Below, piece by piece: positions 36,206-46,900 of a DNA stretch of 58,071 bases. The DNA is from a virus (lineage: Duplodnaviria > Caudoviricetes), in the IMG/VR virus record IMGVR_UViG_3300034062_006549, positions 1 through 58,071 of that record. One strand, written 5' to 3'. The notes under the pieces are model-generated. The model saw only the letters and a program-made list of their open reading frames with translations. It did no database searches and was not told where the DNA came from. Each line of letters opens with the position of its first letter. Positions within the stretch are counted from its first letter, which is position 1. The position numbers and the translations under genes are program-made.

Positions 36206-39200
36206 TAACTACAAAATATTTCAAAGTTTATCCCTATACTTATTTTAAAATCCAATCCACTATCATTTTCTTGACAAATTTGATTGAATACAATGATATT
36301 ATTATCGTCAGTCAAATAATAATCATATCCAAAGTAAATTAAACTATCTAAAGCATTTATTAGGGCTGTATCGTATTGAGATACATTTGGTGCATTATAT
36401 GGATTGAATGCGTATGTGTATCCATTAAAGAATGGGTAATTAACTAATGTGTTACCACTAACTTGTATATTTATATACCATTCAGTTACTAATCCATCTA
36501 AAATACAATCATTCAATTCATAACCATTACTTGTTAAGTAAGTACTCAATAAGTTACCCAATACCCCTTCTAATGATAAAATTTCAGGATTCTCCAACCA
36601 AGGATATTTTGGACAAGTTATTGATTGAATTGGACAATCGTAATTAAATATATTTGTATATGATTGACAAGGGCGACATAATGGTGGTACTCTACCTAAG
36701 AAAGTTTCTCCACCACCAGGTGCAATACCGCCTCCTTCATTACCTTTTATTAATTGACAACCTCTTTGTCTTCTCCAACTAAACTTTTGTCTATGGAAAA
36801 TTGAGTTTTCCATTTTAACACCAGTGTTCCAAATTGTACTTGCGGGTATCATTTGTTCTACCAATCTTACCCAATAATCCCCCATACCATTTACATACTG
36901 AATCATATTGTCATATGTAAAATTATTGTTTGGTAGATTTGCTATTGATTCTGATTGTAGATACTTCCAATATATTGATTCTAATGTAGGATAACCACCA
37001 GTTTTACCATTGTTGGCATACTGACGATTTCTTACATTAATCATATTCTTCCAAAATGTCTGAGCAAACTCAAAGAAAGTTTTTCTCTTTGGTTGTGGGT
37101 TAATAATTGTCCAATCAACACCCCCTCTATCGGGGTAAATTGAATTTGGGTTTGGATTACAATAAGTTGGTCGTATATAATTTAGTCCTTCATTTGGTAT
37201 TGGGTAATTAAGTTGTCTTGACATTGACCAAACATCATAAACCAAACCTTGTGCTGGATTTAAAAATAAATCAACATTTTTAACGTTCAAAACCAACTTA
37301 TCACTTTCAGTGAAATATCTTGCATTAAAATTACCATCTAAATTACTTCTAAGATTAACTTCTTCAGCAAACCAACTCTTATTATTGTCAATTTGTGGTG
37401 TTAATCTATAACCCAAAGTCATAAATGGAAAATCTCTAAATCTATTCAAATAAACTTGTCCATAAGTGTATGGAATTAAAGATGTTTGGAAATTTGGATT
37501 ATTTCCAAAGAATACACTTAAAGTTGGGTCAACTTCTTCAGGTGCTCTATGTTGTGGAGTTTGTTCAAACCAACCACTTCCTATTTGGAAGTAATAACTT
37601 TCATTATCTATTGGTGCTTGAGGGTATCCAAATTTATCCATCGGGAAATCATCCAATGTTACGTTAACATCTTTAATATTAGCAATTGTTGTGAAACCAG
37701 TATATGTTATATTCATAATGGTTCTCACCTCAGCGGTATCTAATATAGGTATTTGTTCAACATAAGTACCCCCTGATATTTGAGCATACTGAGTATCAAA
37801 TTCACTTAGATTAATTCTTTGGTCAGCAAGATATACATATTCATTGAATTCAACTAAAGCATCTGGTGCTCCAATCAATTTTAGTAGTATTTCAATAGAT
37901 TTTCTTGTACCTTTAGATTTGAAAAGATATGCTGAGTTTAAAATTAAATTTCTATAATATTGATAATTAAGTTCATCAGGTGTTTGTACAATCGCAGTGC
38001 CAGTATAATTAGGTTTACCTTGATTCTTTTGACCAAATACTGATGCCAAAAAATCATCATTTGTTATTGGACTAATATTTGTTGACCATCCGAGTGTTAA
38101 AGCCAAATTTTTAAGTAACTGAGATGGTATATCATTTCCAACATTATAGTTAACCGATGTCATAAATGACAAAGCGTTTATATATTTTTTTACTTCATCA
38201 AAACTTCTACCATAAAGTTGTAAAACTTTTTCAGCTTTTTGTCCTATTGTATCAAATTCTTTAAATGCACCAGTTGTTAAAAATCTTGAAACTAAATTTG
38301 ATTGGTATGAATCAAAATTCTCACTCACACCATTCAGAGTAACTAAATAATTCTTAAAACCTTGACTTACAATGTCTAAGTTCCAAGAACCATAAAGAGG
38401 CCAAGTTAATAAAACGTTACCAATTGAATATGTACCATCGTCATTTTCGGTAGGTACAGAAAAATTAGCAGTATATTTTGGTTTAACATTTCTATTTAAA
38501 AGGAAATTTTCAACTTGGTCTAAATTCTCATTAAAGACCTTATTAACTTCATAATCATTTGGTCTAATGATGAGATTATCATAAGTAAAACTTTGACCTG
38601 AAAATGGATTTCCTTCAGTATAAAGAATAAGTGTTCCACTTGATAAACTACTCGTTGGGACAATACCTGTTATACCATAACCCTCACCATTTATATAAAG
38701 TGAATAACTTGTAAATCCAGTTGTTAAATTTCTTAATTGAGAAACTTCAATTTCTCTTAATTGTAAATTTCTTGTAGCATTTGTTGTAAAATCAATATTG
38801 AATGGGTTTCTAATTCTTGTAACATCAAGGGAAAAAGTAGTCTCATCATTAATTTCACTATAACTTATATTAAATGCCGTTACATCACTAGTGTAGTTAA
38901 TACCAATTTTATTAGATTCAATTGCCGCAGGGAAATAACTAATTATCTTAGTTACCGCTGCAGACATTCTTTTAACCATTGAACCATACTGAACAAAGTT
39001 TGTAATCTCAGACAAATCATAATTAGGATAAACTTTGAAGTTTTTTTCAATAATTAACCTTGATTGGTTCACATCACTAACATTCAATGAATCCAAATTT
39101 ATTGGATTCGAAAATGTACCAGTGGTAAAATTTCTATTAACTTTTTCGTTAGCCGAAGTAGTAAATTCAAAATTACCTTGTGTCAAACCACCACCATTTA

Positions 39201-39279
39201 CTAATTGTAAACCAACTAGATTATCTGAGAAAGTACCAAAACCTGATGCTGTTTGTGGTGGACAAGTATATTTAGCCAT
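36205..39279 (-). CDS. baseplate wedge/tail protein (P2 gpI-like core)
   Basis: LLKNLALTLGW...YRNLILN..YLFKSKGTRKSIEILLKLIG. Confidence 0.7.
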   Translation of the reverse strand: MAKYTCPPQTASGFGTFSDNLVGLQLVNGGGLTQGNFEFTTSANEKVNRNFTTGTFSNPINLDSLNVSDVNQSRLIIEKNFKVYPNYDLSEITNFVQYGSMVKRMSAAVTKIISYFPAAIESNKIGINYTSDVTAFNISYSEINDETTFSLDVTRIRNPFNIDFTTNATRNLQLREIEVSQLRNLTTGFTSYSLYINGEGYGITGIVPTSSLSSGTLILYTEGNPFSGQSFTYDNLIIRPNDYEVNKVFNENLDQVENFLLNRNVKPKYTANFSVPTENDDGTYSIGNVLLTWPLYGSWNLDIVSQGFKNYLVTLNGVSENFDSYQSNLVSRFLTTGAFKEFDTIGQKAEKVLQLYGRSFDEVKKYINALSFMTSVNYNVGNDIPSQLLKNLALTLGWSTNISPITNDDFLASVFGQKNQGKPNYTGTAIVQTPDELNYQYYRNLILNSAYLFKSKGTRKSIEILLKLIGAPDALVEFNEYVYLADQRINLSEFDTQYAQISGGTYVEQIPILDTAEVRTIMNITYTGFTTIANIKDVNVTLDDFPMDKFGYPQAPIDNESYYFQIGSGWFEQTPQHRAPEEVDPTLSVFFGNNPNFQTSLIPYTYGQVYLNRFRDFPFMTLGYRLTPQIDNNKSWFAEEVNLRSNLDGNFNARYFTESDKLVLNVKNVDLFLNPAQGLVYDVWSMSRQLNYPIPNEGLNYIRPTYCNPNPNSIYPDRGGVDWTIINPQPKRKTFFEFAQTFWKNMINVRNRQYANNGKTGGYPTLESIYWKYLQSESIANLPNNNFTYDNMIQYVNGMGDYWVRLVEQMIPASTIWNTGVKMENSIFHRQKFSWRRQRGCQLIKGNEGGGIAPGGGETFLGRVPPLCRPCQSYTNIFNYDCPIQSITCPKYPWLENPEILSLEGVLGNLLSTYLTSNGYELNDCILDGLVTEWYINIQVSGNTLVNYPFFNGYTYAFNPYNAPNVSQYDTALINALDSLIYFGYDYYLTDDNNIIVFNQICQENDSGLDFKISIGINFEIFCS

Positions 39280-40187
39280 TATTGTGTTATGTTAGTAAAG
39301 TTTTTACTGAAATCGATGTTATTACCCCTATCTTGTCTAACTTCATAAAGAAGTTCATTAAATTGGTCTCTGATTTCGTATAAGTTATATTGTTTGTAAA
39401 TATTATTTGTTGTATCGTATAATGTGTAAATTCCATCCTCCATTGATTTGGATTGATTACCAAATAAACCAATAGCCAATGTTGAAAAGTCGTGTTCAGC
39501 AATTTCAATATCCAAAGTAATCGGATTGAAAAAGGTGTTTGTAATTATTATATTTTGATTTGGTTGACCAATAAATGGTGTGGCATTTGGTTTGTTAGAT
39601 GGTGATGATGAAGGTGATAATGTACAAAAAATTAAATTTGTATTATTATCAGTATATCTATATCTTACAGCCTTTTGTGATGTATTTGTAAGGTTAGTTA
39701 CAACTGGTTCACAGAAGAAGGATGATGTTATAATTCTAAAGAAATTTGGTATCTTTGAACCATCAGTATTCAAATATTCAACTCTAAAACCAACTAAACC
39801 CTGATTTGTAAATTTATTTCTATAGATTGATGGGACTGCGTTCAAGTCAATTATAATACCTTTTACATTTGGTAAAGCTGATAAAACACCACAATCCAAA
39901 ATAGTTGTTCTGATTTGTGCTGGTCTTATATATAAGGTATATATTCCGATTCTATTAAATTGTTGTGCAGGTAATGTTAGATTATATAACCCACCCAAGA
40001 TTTCAATATTTGCATTACCACCAGTACTACCATTATTAAAGTAAGGTCTAAGAATAGATGTTGCATCCAACTTAGTTAATGTAAAATTTTGTGTTTCATC
40101 CCTAGAAGGTGTATAATTTAAAATTATTTCTACATCTTCAGGTGATACATCCGCTGGTCTTATAGTACCATAACTTCCAATTGCCAT
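39279..40187 (-). CDS. putative baseplate/structural protein
   Basis: 302 aa within the structural module; TATTTAT at 40202-40208. Confidence 0.6.
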   Translation of the reverse strand: MAIGSYGTIRPADVSPEDVEIILNYTPSRDETQNFTLTKLDATSILRPYFNNGSTGGNANIEILGGLYNLTLPAQQFNRIGIYTLYIRPAQIRTTILDCGVLSALPNVKGIIIDLNAVPSIYRNKFTNQGLVGFRVEYLNTDGSKIPNFFRIITSSFFCEPVVTNLTNTSQKAVRYRYTDNNTNLIFCTLSPSSSPSNKPNATPFIGQPNQNIIITNTFFNPITLDIEIAEHDFSTLAIGLFGNQSKSMEDGIYTLYDTTNNIYKQYNLYEIRDQFNELLYEVRQDRGNNIDFSKNFTNITQ

Positions 40188-40214
40188 TTTATTCTTTTTT
40201 TATAAATATTTGTC

Positions 40215-41372
40215 TTATGTATTTGTAACTTCAAAAAAACCATATCCGTATTTAGTTAAATCACCCACGTTATCAACTTCACCCAATCTAATGATTCTTT
40301 CCAATGCCGAATTTTTCCCCCTTTCAACAAAGACCTCAGATTGGACTTCAGGTTCATCAACAACGTTAATTAAATATTCTTCTTTAATTAAAGGTTCGCA
40401 AACTACATCAATTGGTGTAACTCCCGAAACAATGAAAAGTGTTGTACCATCTTCATAATCATAGTAATCAATTCCATTTATTGTATATCCAGTTGCTAAA
40501 CCATCAGGTGTTGGTCCTTTATATATTCCAACAACTCCCGAACTACCAGTAACCACATATCCCAATTTAAACTTATTAACTCCGAACTGAGCCAAATCAT
40601 TCAAAGATGATTTAGTATAACCTGTAATTATTATATCACTTGTCAAATATGGATTAATTCCACTTTGGTAAATTTCACACGTTGAGTCTCCACTAAAAAT
40701 AAAGTCGTATGAAATTGGTGTGTCAGCCCAACTACCACCAAACGATTGAAAGAATACTTCACCATTCGGATTATCTATTGTAACACCAGTGAATGGTACA
40801 TATACTTTCTTTTGAATTATATTATACCCCCAAGGACTCATACCTGACATCGTAATTGTGTATTCCCCACTTGAAACATATGTATGAGTATATGGTGTTG
40901 ATGTGTATGGTGATACACCAGTTACGTTACCATCACCCCAACTTATTTGGTAATTTGAAAAACTAAGATATTTTTTAAATTCATTTTCTGAGGTGTTATA
41001 TAAAAATATTGTTTTAGCGGGTAGGACTGGATTTCCACTAAAAACAAAATTATTTAAAACATCCTTTTGTGAAATTAAACCATCAAATACTGAATAATAT
41101 CCAACATCAATTGCTGATTGTGTCAACATTATTGGTACACTCAAATCAGTCAATAAAGAACTACCATTTGTTCCACCTGACAAAATTTGTGTCATTGAGG
41201 AATAAGTGTAGGTTAAACCTGTAATCTTAGTTGTTGTGGTTGTTGTTGTTACATCACAACAAGGATCCGCACTGAATGGTTGTGAAAAAAAACCTCTAGT
41301 GTAATCAACTAAAAACTTTTTATTGTTAATTACCTCAGGTGATATTCTTATATGAAAAGTTCTATCTTGCAT
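40215..41372 (-). CDS. structural protein with PKD-like domain
   Basis: ISWGDG...THTYVSSGEYTIT. Confidence 0.65.
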   Translation of the reverse strand: MQDRTFHIRISPEVINNKKFLVDYTRGFFSQPFSADPCCDVTTTTTTTKITGLTYTYSSMTQILSGGTNGSSLLTDLSVPIMLTQSAIDVGYYSVFDGLISQKDVLNNFVFSGNPVLPAKTIFLYNTSENEFKKYLSFSNYQISWGDGNVTGVSPYTSTPYTHTYVSSGEYTITMSGMSPWGYNIIQKKVYVPFTGVTIDNPNGEVFFQSFGGSWADTPISYDFIFSGDSTCEIYQSGINPYLTSDIIITGYTKSSLNDLAQFGVNKFKLGYVVTGSSGVVGIYKGPTPDGLATGYTINGIDYYDYEDGTTLFIVSGVTPIDVVCEPLIKEEYLINVVDEPEVQSEVFVERGKNSALERIIRLGEVDNVGDLTKYGYGFFEVTNT

Positions 41373-42211
41373 TATTGAATCAATATTGGGTTTACATATT
41401 CATACCATTTTATTGGATTTGTTATAGTCCCTATTCTTTGATTGTTCAGACCATCAAATATTTTGAAGGTATAATTTGAAAAATCTAAAATTACCTTATT
41501 ATAAAAATAAGTTGACCCCGAAAAATTATATCTGTTTGGTGCTGGAAATATTGATTGTGGTCTATTCATCATTTTTACAAAAACACCTATTTTTGCATCA
41601 AAAAACTTTGCTGACATATAGAATGTGTCCAAGTCAATATATGACCTATCAGTTAACCAATAGATGAAGAATCCCTCTTTATCACCAATAAAATCCAACT
41701 TGTATTTTGGTTTTCTAATTAGAACTTGTCTTAATGATTGTGAAATTAATGCGGGTTCAAATTCACCTTGTTGTACAGGAATTATTATTGTAAAATATAT
41801 TGTTTGATTTTTATCATCATTAGAACTATAAAAATCTAATTTGAAGAAAGAATTCGTGAAAGGTTTACGATAAAAGTAAACTTCAGATGTTTCAAATCCT
41901 TCAGGTAAATATGAATTAACCCAATCAATACTATTCAAAGTACTTGCTGTTACATTCACTGGTTGACCACTATAAAAGTAAAATTCATAGTTTAATGATG
42001 TTCTTGTATCCGTTGGAGAATATTCACTATGTGAATATCTTGCAACTTCAAAGTCAACACCAATACCCAAAATTTCAGTCAAAACATCGGACTCCCATTT
42101 TTCAATATCGTCAGTTCTACCAACAAAATCCCAATTTATTTCAATTGGGATATTAATTGTTTTGTCTGAAACAGGTAATGTAAAATAAAAATTATTATTC
42201 ACAATTATCAA
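41372..42211 (-). CDS. putative baseplate/structural protein
   Basis: 279 aa, aromatic- and beta-rich, translationally coupled. Confidence 0.6.
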   Translation of the reverse strand: MIIVNNNFYFTLPVSDKTINIPIEINWDFVGRTDDIEKWESDVLTEILGIGVDFEVARYSHSEYSPTDTRTSLNYEFYFYSGQPVNVTASTLNSIDWVNSYLPEGFETSEVYFYRKPFTNSFFKLDFYSSNDDKNQTIYFTIIIPVQQGEFEPALISQSLRQVLIRKPKYKLDFIGDKEGFFIYWLTDRSYIDLDTFYMSAKFFDAKIGVFVKMMNRPQSIFPAPNRYNFSGSTYFYNKVILDFSNYTFKIFDGLNNQRIGTITNPIKWYEYVNPILIQ

Positions 42212-43970
42212 TTATTGGTTCTGCGATTATGGTCTGTATATTATAATTAGTACCCTCTGGTATTATTCTAAAAAAATAATTTTCGTGTGGATAATGAACA
42301 TTATTTAAAAATGGATAATCAACCCCCAAACCACTTGTGTCCACAAACCCATAAGGATATAAATCTCTCCAAATAAAAGAATTTTTAGTTGTTGAGAAAT
42401 AAGAATAACTTGGTATGTCATCCACAAATTTTGGGTCACCTTCTTCAATATAATCAGAAAATACTCTTGTCGTTAATTTCCAATGGGGTTTATAGTAATA
42501 TCCAAAAGGATTTGTATTTACCCCACCAATGTTGAAGTTATTTGGGTTATACTTGAATTTATGATGTATTTCAGAAATTACTCTTTCTTTTTGTTCGTAA
42601 TCATTCCATTCACAAAAATCACCATCAATTATATCACCCTCTTTTGGAGAATTAACATAATAAAAATTATAAGTTGTTCCATTTTGAGTTCTAGTATATG
42701 AACCAAGTGTGTTAAGTGGTGATGGACAATTTGATAAGTTTTGTGATGAAGACCACCAAATATTTGGTTGACCTTGATATAAAGGTAGATTGAAATCCCA
42801 TCCTTGTTTTAATCCAAAACCAGGTATTTGACTTGAACAAGTCCATCCGAAATATCCTTTCCATATTATGGAAAAAAATAATTCACTGATTGGTCTTTTT
42901 TGATTATCCAATAATGGTGATATTCTGAATTTTTTATCAAATGATAAATTATATGATGGATTACCTTCCAAAATAGATACACGAGCAATACCATTTGGGG
43001 TTAATCCACTACTTTCATACTTTCGTTTTTGTCCAAAAATACCTTGTTCAAAACCTGATTTTGTCAAAGTAGCATCTTCAGGGTTCGTTAATATTTTATT
43101 TCTCCTTATATAATATTTTGATTTGGTATCTGCCGAATTTGAATCTAAAATAACTCTTTTGAATGTACCAAATTGACCTTGATTGAAAGTGCTACCAGTG
43201 TAACCAACATCTATAAAATTAAAGATATATTCGTCACTACCATAGTTTTCATCACCTAAAGAGTAAACCTGAAATAGATTTGTACCATTGTATGTGAAAT
43301 TAGAACTTAACTCAACAAACTCACCAGCACTCAATCCGTGTCTCATTCCACATCTAAAACTTACCAAAGGTCTTCCATTAAACTTACTTCTTTTTGCGAT
43401 TACAAATGGAATACCAGTAGAAGCCGACCACAATATTGTTTGTCCTGAGATATCAATGTATTGTAAATTTTTATCTACATTATCATAAGCATATGACAAA
43501 AAGAAATTCCAATTGTATGATGTCGCACTTTTAGCGGTAAATAAAATATGTTCATTAGGTGGTTGAGTATAACCACTAACATTATAATCATTTCTAATAA
43601 AATCGAACTCGTGAAATTGAGGTAAACCAGTCCAAGAAATACTATTTGGATTGTTATTTGGACTACATTCTAATATCTTTGCTTCACGAGCATTCAAATA
43701 ATACATATTATTCTCAAATGGAATATAATTTGTTGCACCACTATATCCGTTTTGAAAAAGAATTGTAAATTTTGCGGTTGGTCTAAACTCGTCAGAACGT
43801 TGTCTTTCATCATCAAAAACTTGTTCTAATCCAACATTAAAACTTCTATCGTATTCTGTTAATTGTTTCTCATTTTGTACTAATGGAACTTGGAAAAACA
43901 AATTAGTATCTGAAGCGGATTTGAACCTCAACGAACCTAAAACTACTCTTATGTCATTTTGATTTCCCAT
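42195..43970 (-). CDS. putative baseplate/structural protein
   Basis: 591 aa; HGLSAGEFVEL beta motif; module context. Confidence 0.6.
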   Translation of the reverse strand: MGNQNDIRVVLGSLRFKSASDTNLFFQVPLVQNEKQLTEYDRSFNVGLEQVFDDERQRSDEFRPTAKFTILFQNGYSGATNYIPFENNMYYLNAREAKILECSPNNNPNSISWTGLPQFHEFDFIRNDYNVSGYTQPPNEHILFTAKSATSYNWNFFLSYAYDNVDKNLQYIDISGQTILWSASTGIPFVIAKRSKFNGRPLVSFRCGMRHGLSAGEFVELSSNFTYNGTNLFQVYSLGDENYGSDEYIFNFIDVGYTGSTFNQGQFGTFKRVILDSNSADTKSKYYIRRNKILTNPEDATLTKSGFEQGIFGQKRKYESSGLTPNGIARVSILEGNPSYNLSFDKKFRISPLLDNQKRPISELFFSIIWKGYFGWTCSSQIPGFGLKQGWDFNLPLYQGQPNIWWSSSQNLSNCPSPLNTLGSYTRTQNGTTYNFYYVNSPKEGDIIDGDFCEWNDYEQKERVISEIHHKFKYNPNNFNIGGVNTNPFGYYYKPHWKLTTRVFSDYIEEGDPKFVDDIPSYSYFSTTKNSFIWRDLYPYGFVDTSGLGVDYPFLNNVHYPHENYFFRIIPEGTNYNIQTIIAEPIIDNCE

Positions 43971-43973
43971 ATT

Positions 43974-46900
43974 TTATATTGCATTTGTATTTACCCATTT
44001 AGTGACAAATCTGTCCCAAGCACTTTTCCCTTTTTTAAGTCCAAAGTAAAAATAAAATGGTGCACCAACAGTAATAGCATTTTGTTTATCAGTATTTTGT
44101 TCTCTTGAACCAGGTAATGGATTATATTCAAAAGCTGATGATGATGTAGCACTAACTGAGTATATATATCCACGTCTATCTCTAAAATATGGACTACTAT
44201 TAGTTCTAAAATATCTTGAATTTATACTAACTCTATCGAGTGATTGATATTTGAAGTCAAAGAATTGATTTGAGGTAATTCCTTGTGTCCACCATTCATT
44301 TTTCTGAGAGCCAAAAATAGAGTCATAAATACCACCTTGTTGATTTTGTTTAATTTCCCATTGATAAACTGGTACTCTCTGTGAAAAGATTGGGAAATCA
44401 TTAAATGCACAATTAGATTGTGTTATAGTTGCTAAAGGGTTAATTATATCTCTCTTAGGTGAAATATAATCTCTAATTTGTGTGTCAGAAGAGAAGAAAA
44501 TACCAAATATTGCATCATTAGCATCACCACCATTAAAATAAATTGGGTCTTGAGAGTTTGGTATTTCCACGTATGTATCAGCATCAAACTCATCTACACC
44601 AAGTTCTGAATTAATTGATATCATTTGAGCATAGTCAGCATCAACAGTTACTCTTGGTCTACTGAAATATTCAAATATATTTGCACCATCACCACCTAAA
44701 ATTAAATTTATTAAAGAAGTATTTGCTAATCTTGTGATTATAAAAATATTTAATATGTCTGAAACATTTTTGAATGTAGATGATTGTAAATCATTAACAA
44801 CATAACCATCATACTCATCAGAATATACAATTTCTTGTATGTAATTACTTCTAGGTCCCAAATCCATAATTGTTGTTGGGAATAAAAGATTTCTATCGTT
44901 TTTAAACTTAAGTGAAGTTATTGGTCTTCCAACAAAATATTGTGACGTACCAGAATAGTATGGGCTACTTCGATAATAAAAATTATTTGTTGGTGTATCA
45001 AAATATATTGTTTCAGTACAGAATTCACTAAATGGTTGATTATTTTCATCAAAGAATCTGTTGTTTTTAAAACTAAAAGCATACAATGTACCATTAATCC
45101 AGTTGTTTGTAAAATGATGTGAAAACACATTTCTACAAGCACCAAATATTATATTTGTTCTTGATATCCATTCACCTAACAATGCCACATCTTTAGGTAT
45201 TGATAAGAATAACGTTGTTATTAATATATAACATCCGTTATCAAATACTGTTTGACCTAAATATTCTTTACAACTTCCATCTTGTACTTCAAACTCGCCA
45301 CCACCTGATGGTAATCTATTGAATTTGTAACAATCTAATGGTACAGAATCTTTACAAGAATTAATACTTTGAACTAATTGATTTGTAAAATTTTGTGGTG
45401 TATCATTATCTGATGCACCAGTACTATAAGATGCTATATTTATACCTTGATCTTCCATTTGGAAGATTCCTTCATCAGGAATCGTGTAAATACCTAAATA
45501 TAGGTTCTGTTGTAAAACAAAACTTCTTTTACAATTATCTTGTAAAACATCAGATGTTGGTAGTCTATCTGACCTCATTACTAATTTTCTCTGTGGTGCA
45601 CCTGTACCAAATGTAATAGTTGTACCACTAGGATATTTAAACGAGTAATAAGCCGAATTATAATTATATTGATAACCATCGTTTGGTCTTATTATACCAT
45701 CTCTAATTGATGGTAGAGATAAACTCAAACCCATAAATGAACCACCCTCCACAATTTCACATCTGTTAGAGGTTGTAGGATTTGCAAAATAACCTCTATT
45801 CATTGATGGTACACTACCATTAGCTCTACGATAATAGTTAGCACCAAAACTTTGATCAGGATTTGGACAAGGGAACAAATTATTTGGTGGGGTAGCTAAT
45901 GGATTACACGTTGAAAATTCGTATCCAAATTGATTTGTAATACTAATTCTTCTACCATATGTTGAATCAGTACTTGATTGATTAGTCATTGATAATGTAC
46001 AAAAACATCTTTCATCAATAGGTGTTGTAGGGGTAACTGAAGATATTGTTGGTTGTATTGTATTATTATCTAAATTCGAATAATACTGAATCAAGTTTGA
46101 TGTATATCCACTAAAATCAGTTGGTAAGTAATTAAATGTTGGATAAAATAATGGTGTATTAGAATAGGTACTATTGGTAGTTGGGGTAATACCTGAATGT
46201 TGAACATTTTTAAACCTCCCTTGTATAGGAATATTTAATTTATAATCACCATTTACAACACAACCTGATTGATTTTCATTATTATAACCAAATAATCGAC
46301 CTAATTCATATCTTACTGGTATTCTACTTGAATAAGGGTCAACACCACGAACCATAATAACCAATATATTGTCCTCATAGTTATCTAGAACAACCATTGG
46401 GTTTTTATAAAATTCTTGATATCTTCCCCAAGTTGTGTTCTCATCAGTTTCAATCCTTAATATCCTCATATTATTATTCAATATTCTTGAATATAATGAG
46501 TTTGGTAATTGATTACTACTTTTTGAGAAATATTCACTAATTGTTAGTCCAGTTATCACTTGAAAATATTCAATATCTGTTGGGAATTTGTGATAATTAG
46601 TATCTCCTGATTCAGGTAATGGAATGGAATAATTTATAGGTGGAAAAAAGTTACCTGTACCATCTAATTTTGCATAGCTTATTGATATTGATGTTGTATT
46701 AAGACCATTACCTGAAATTGCATTATTTCCATATATGTTTGTTGCTCCACTAAAACAATTTTTATCATTAGATGAAAGTGGATTAACAAATGTTATCATC
46801 TGGCCTGCAACTATATTTTGTGCGGATTCAGGTGTGCACATCATTACAACAACATTATCAAAATGACTTAATGAACTACTTGGTTGAAACGAAACTTTTA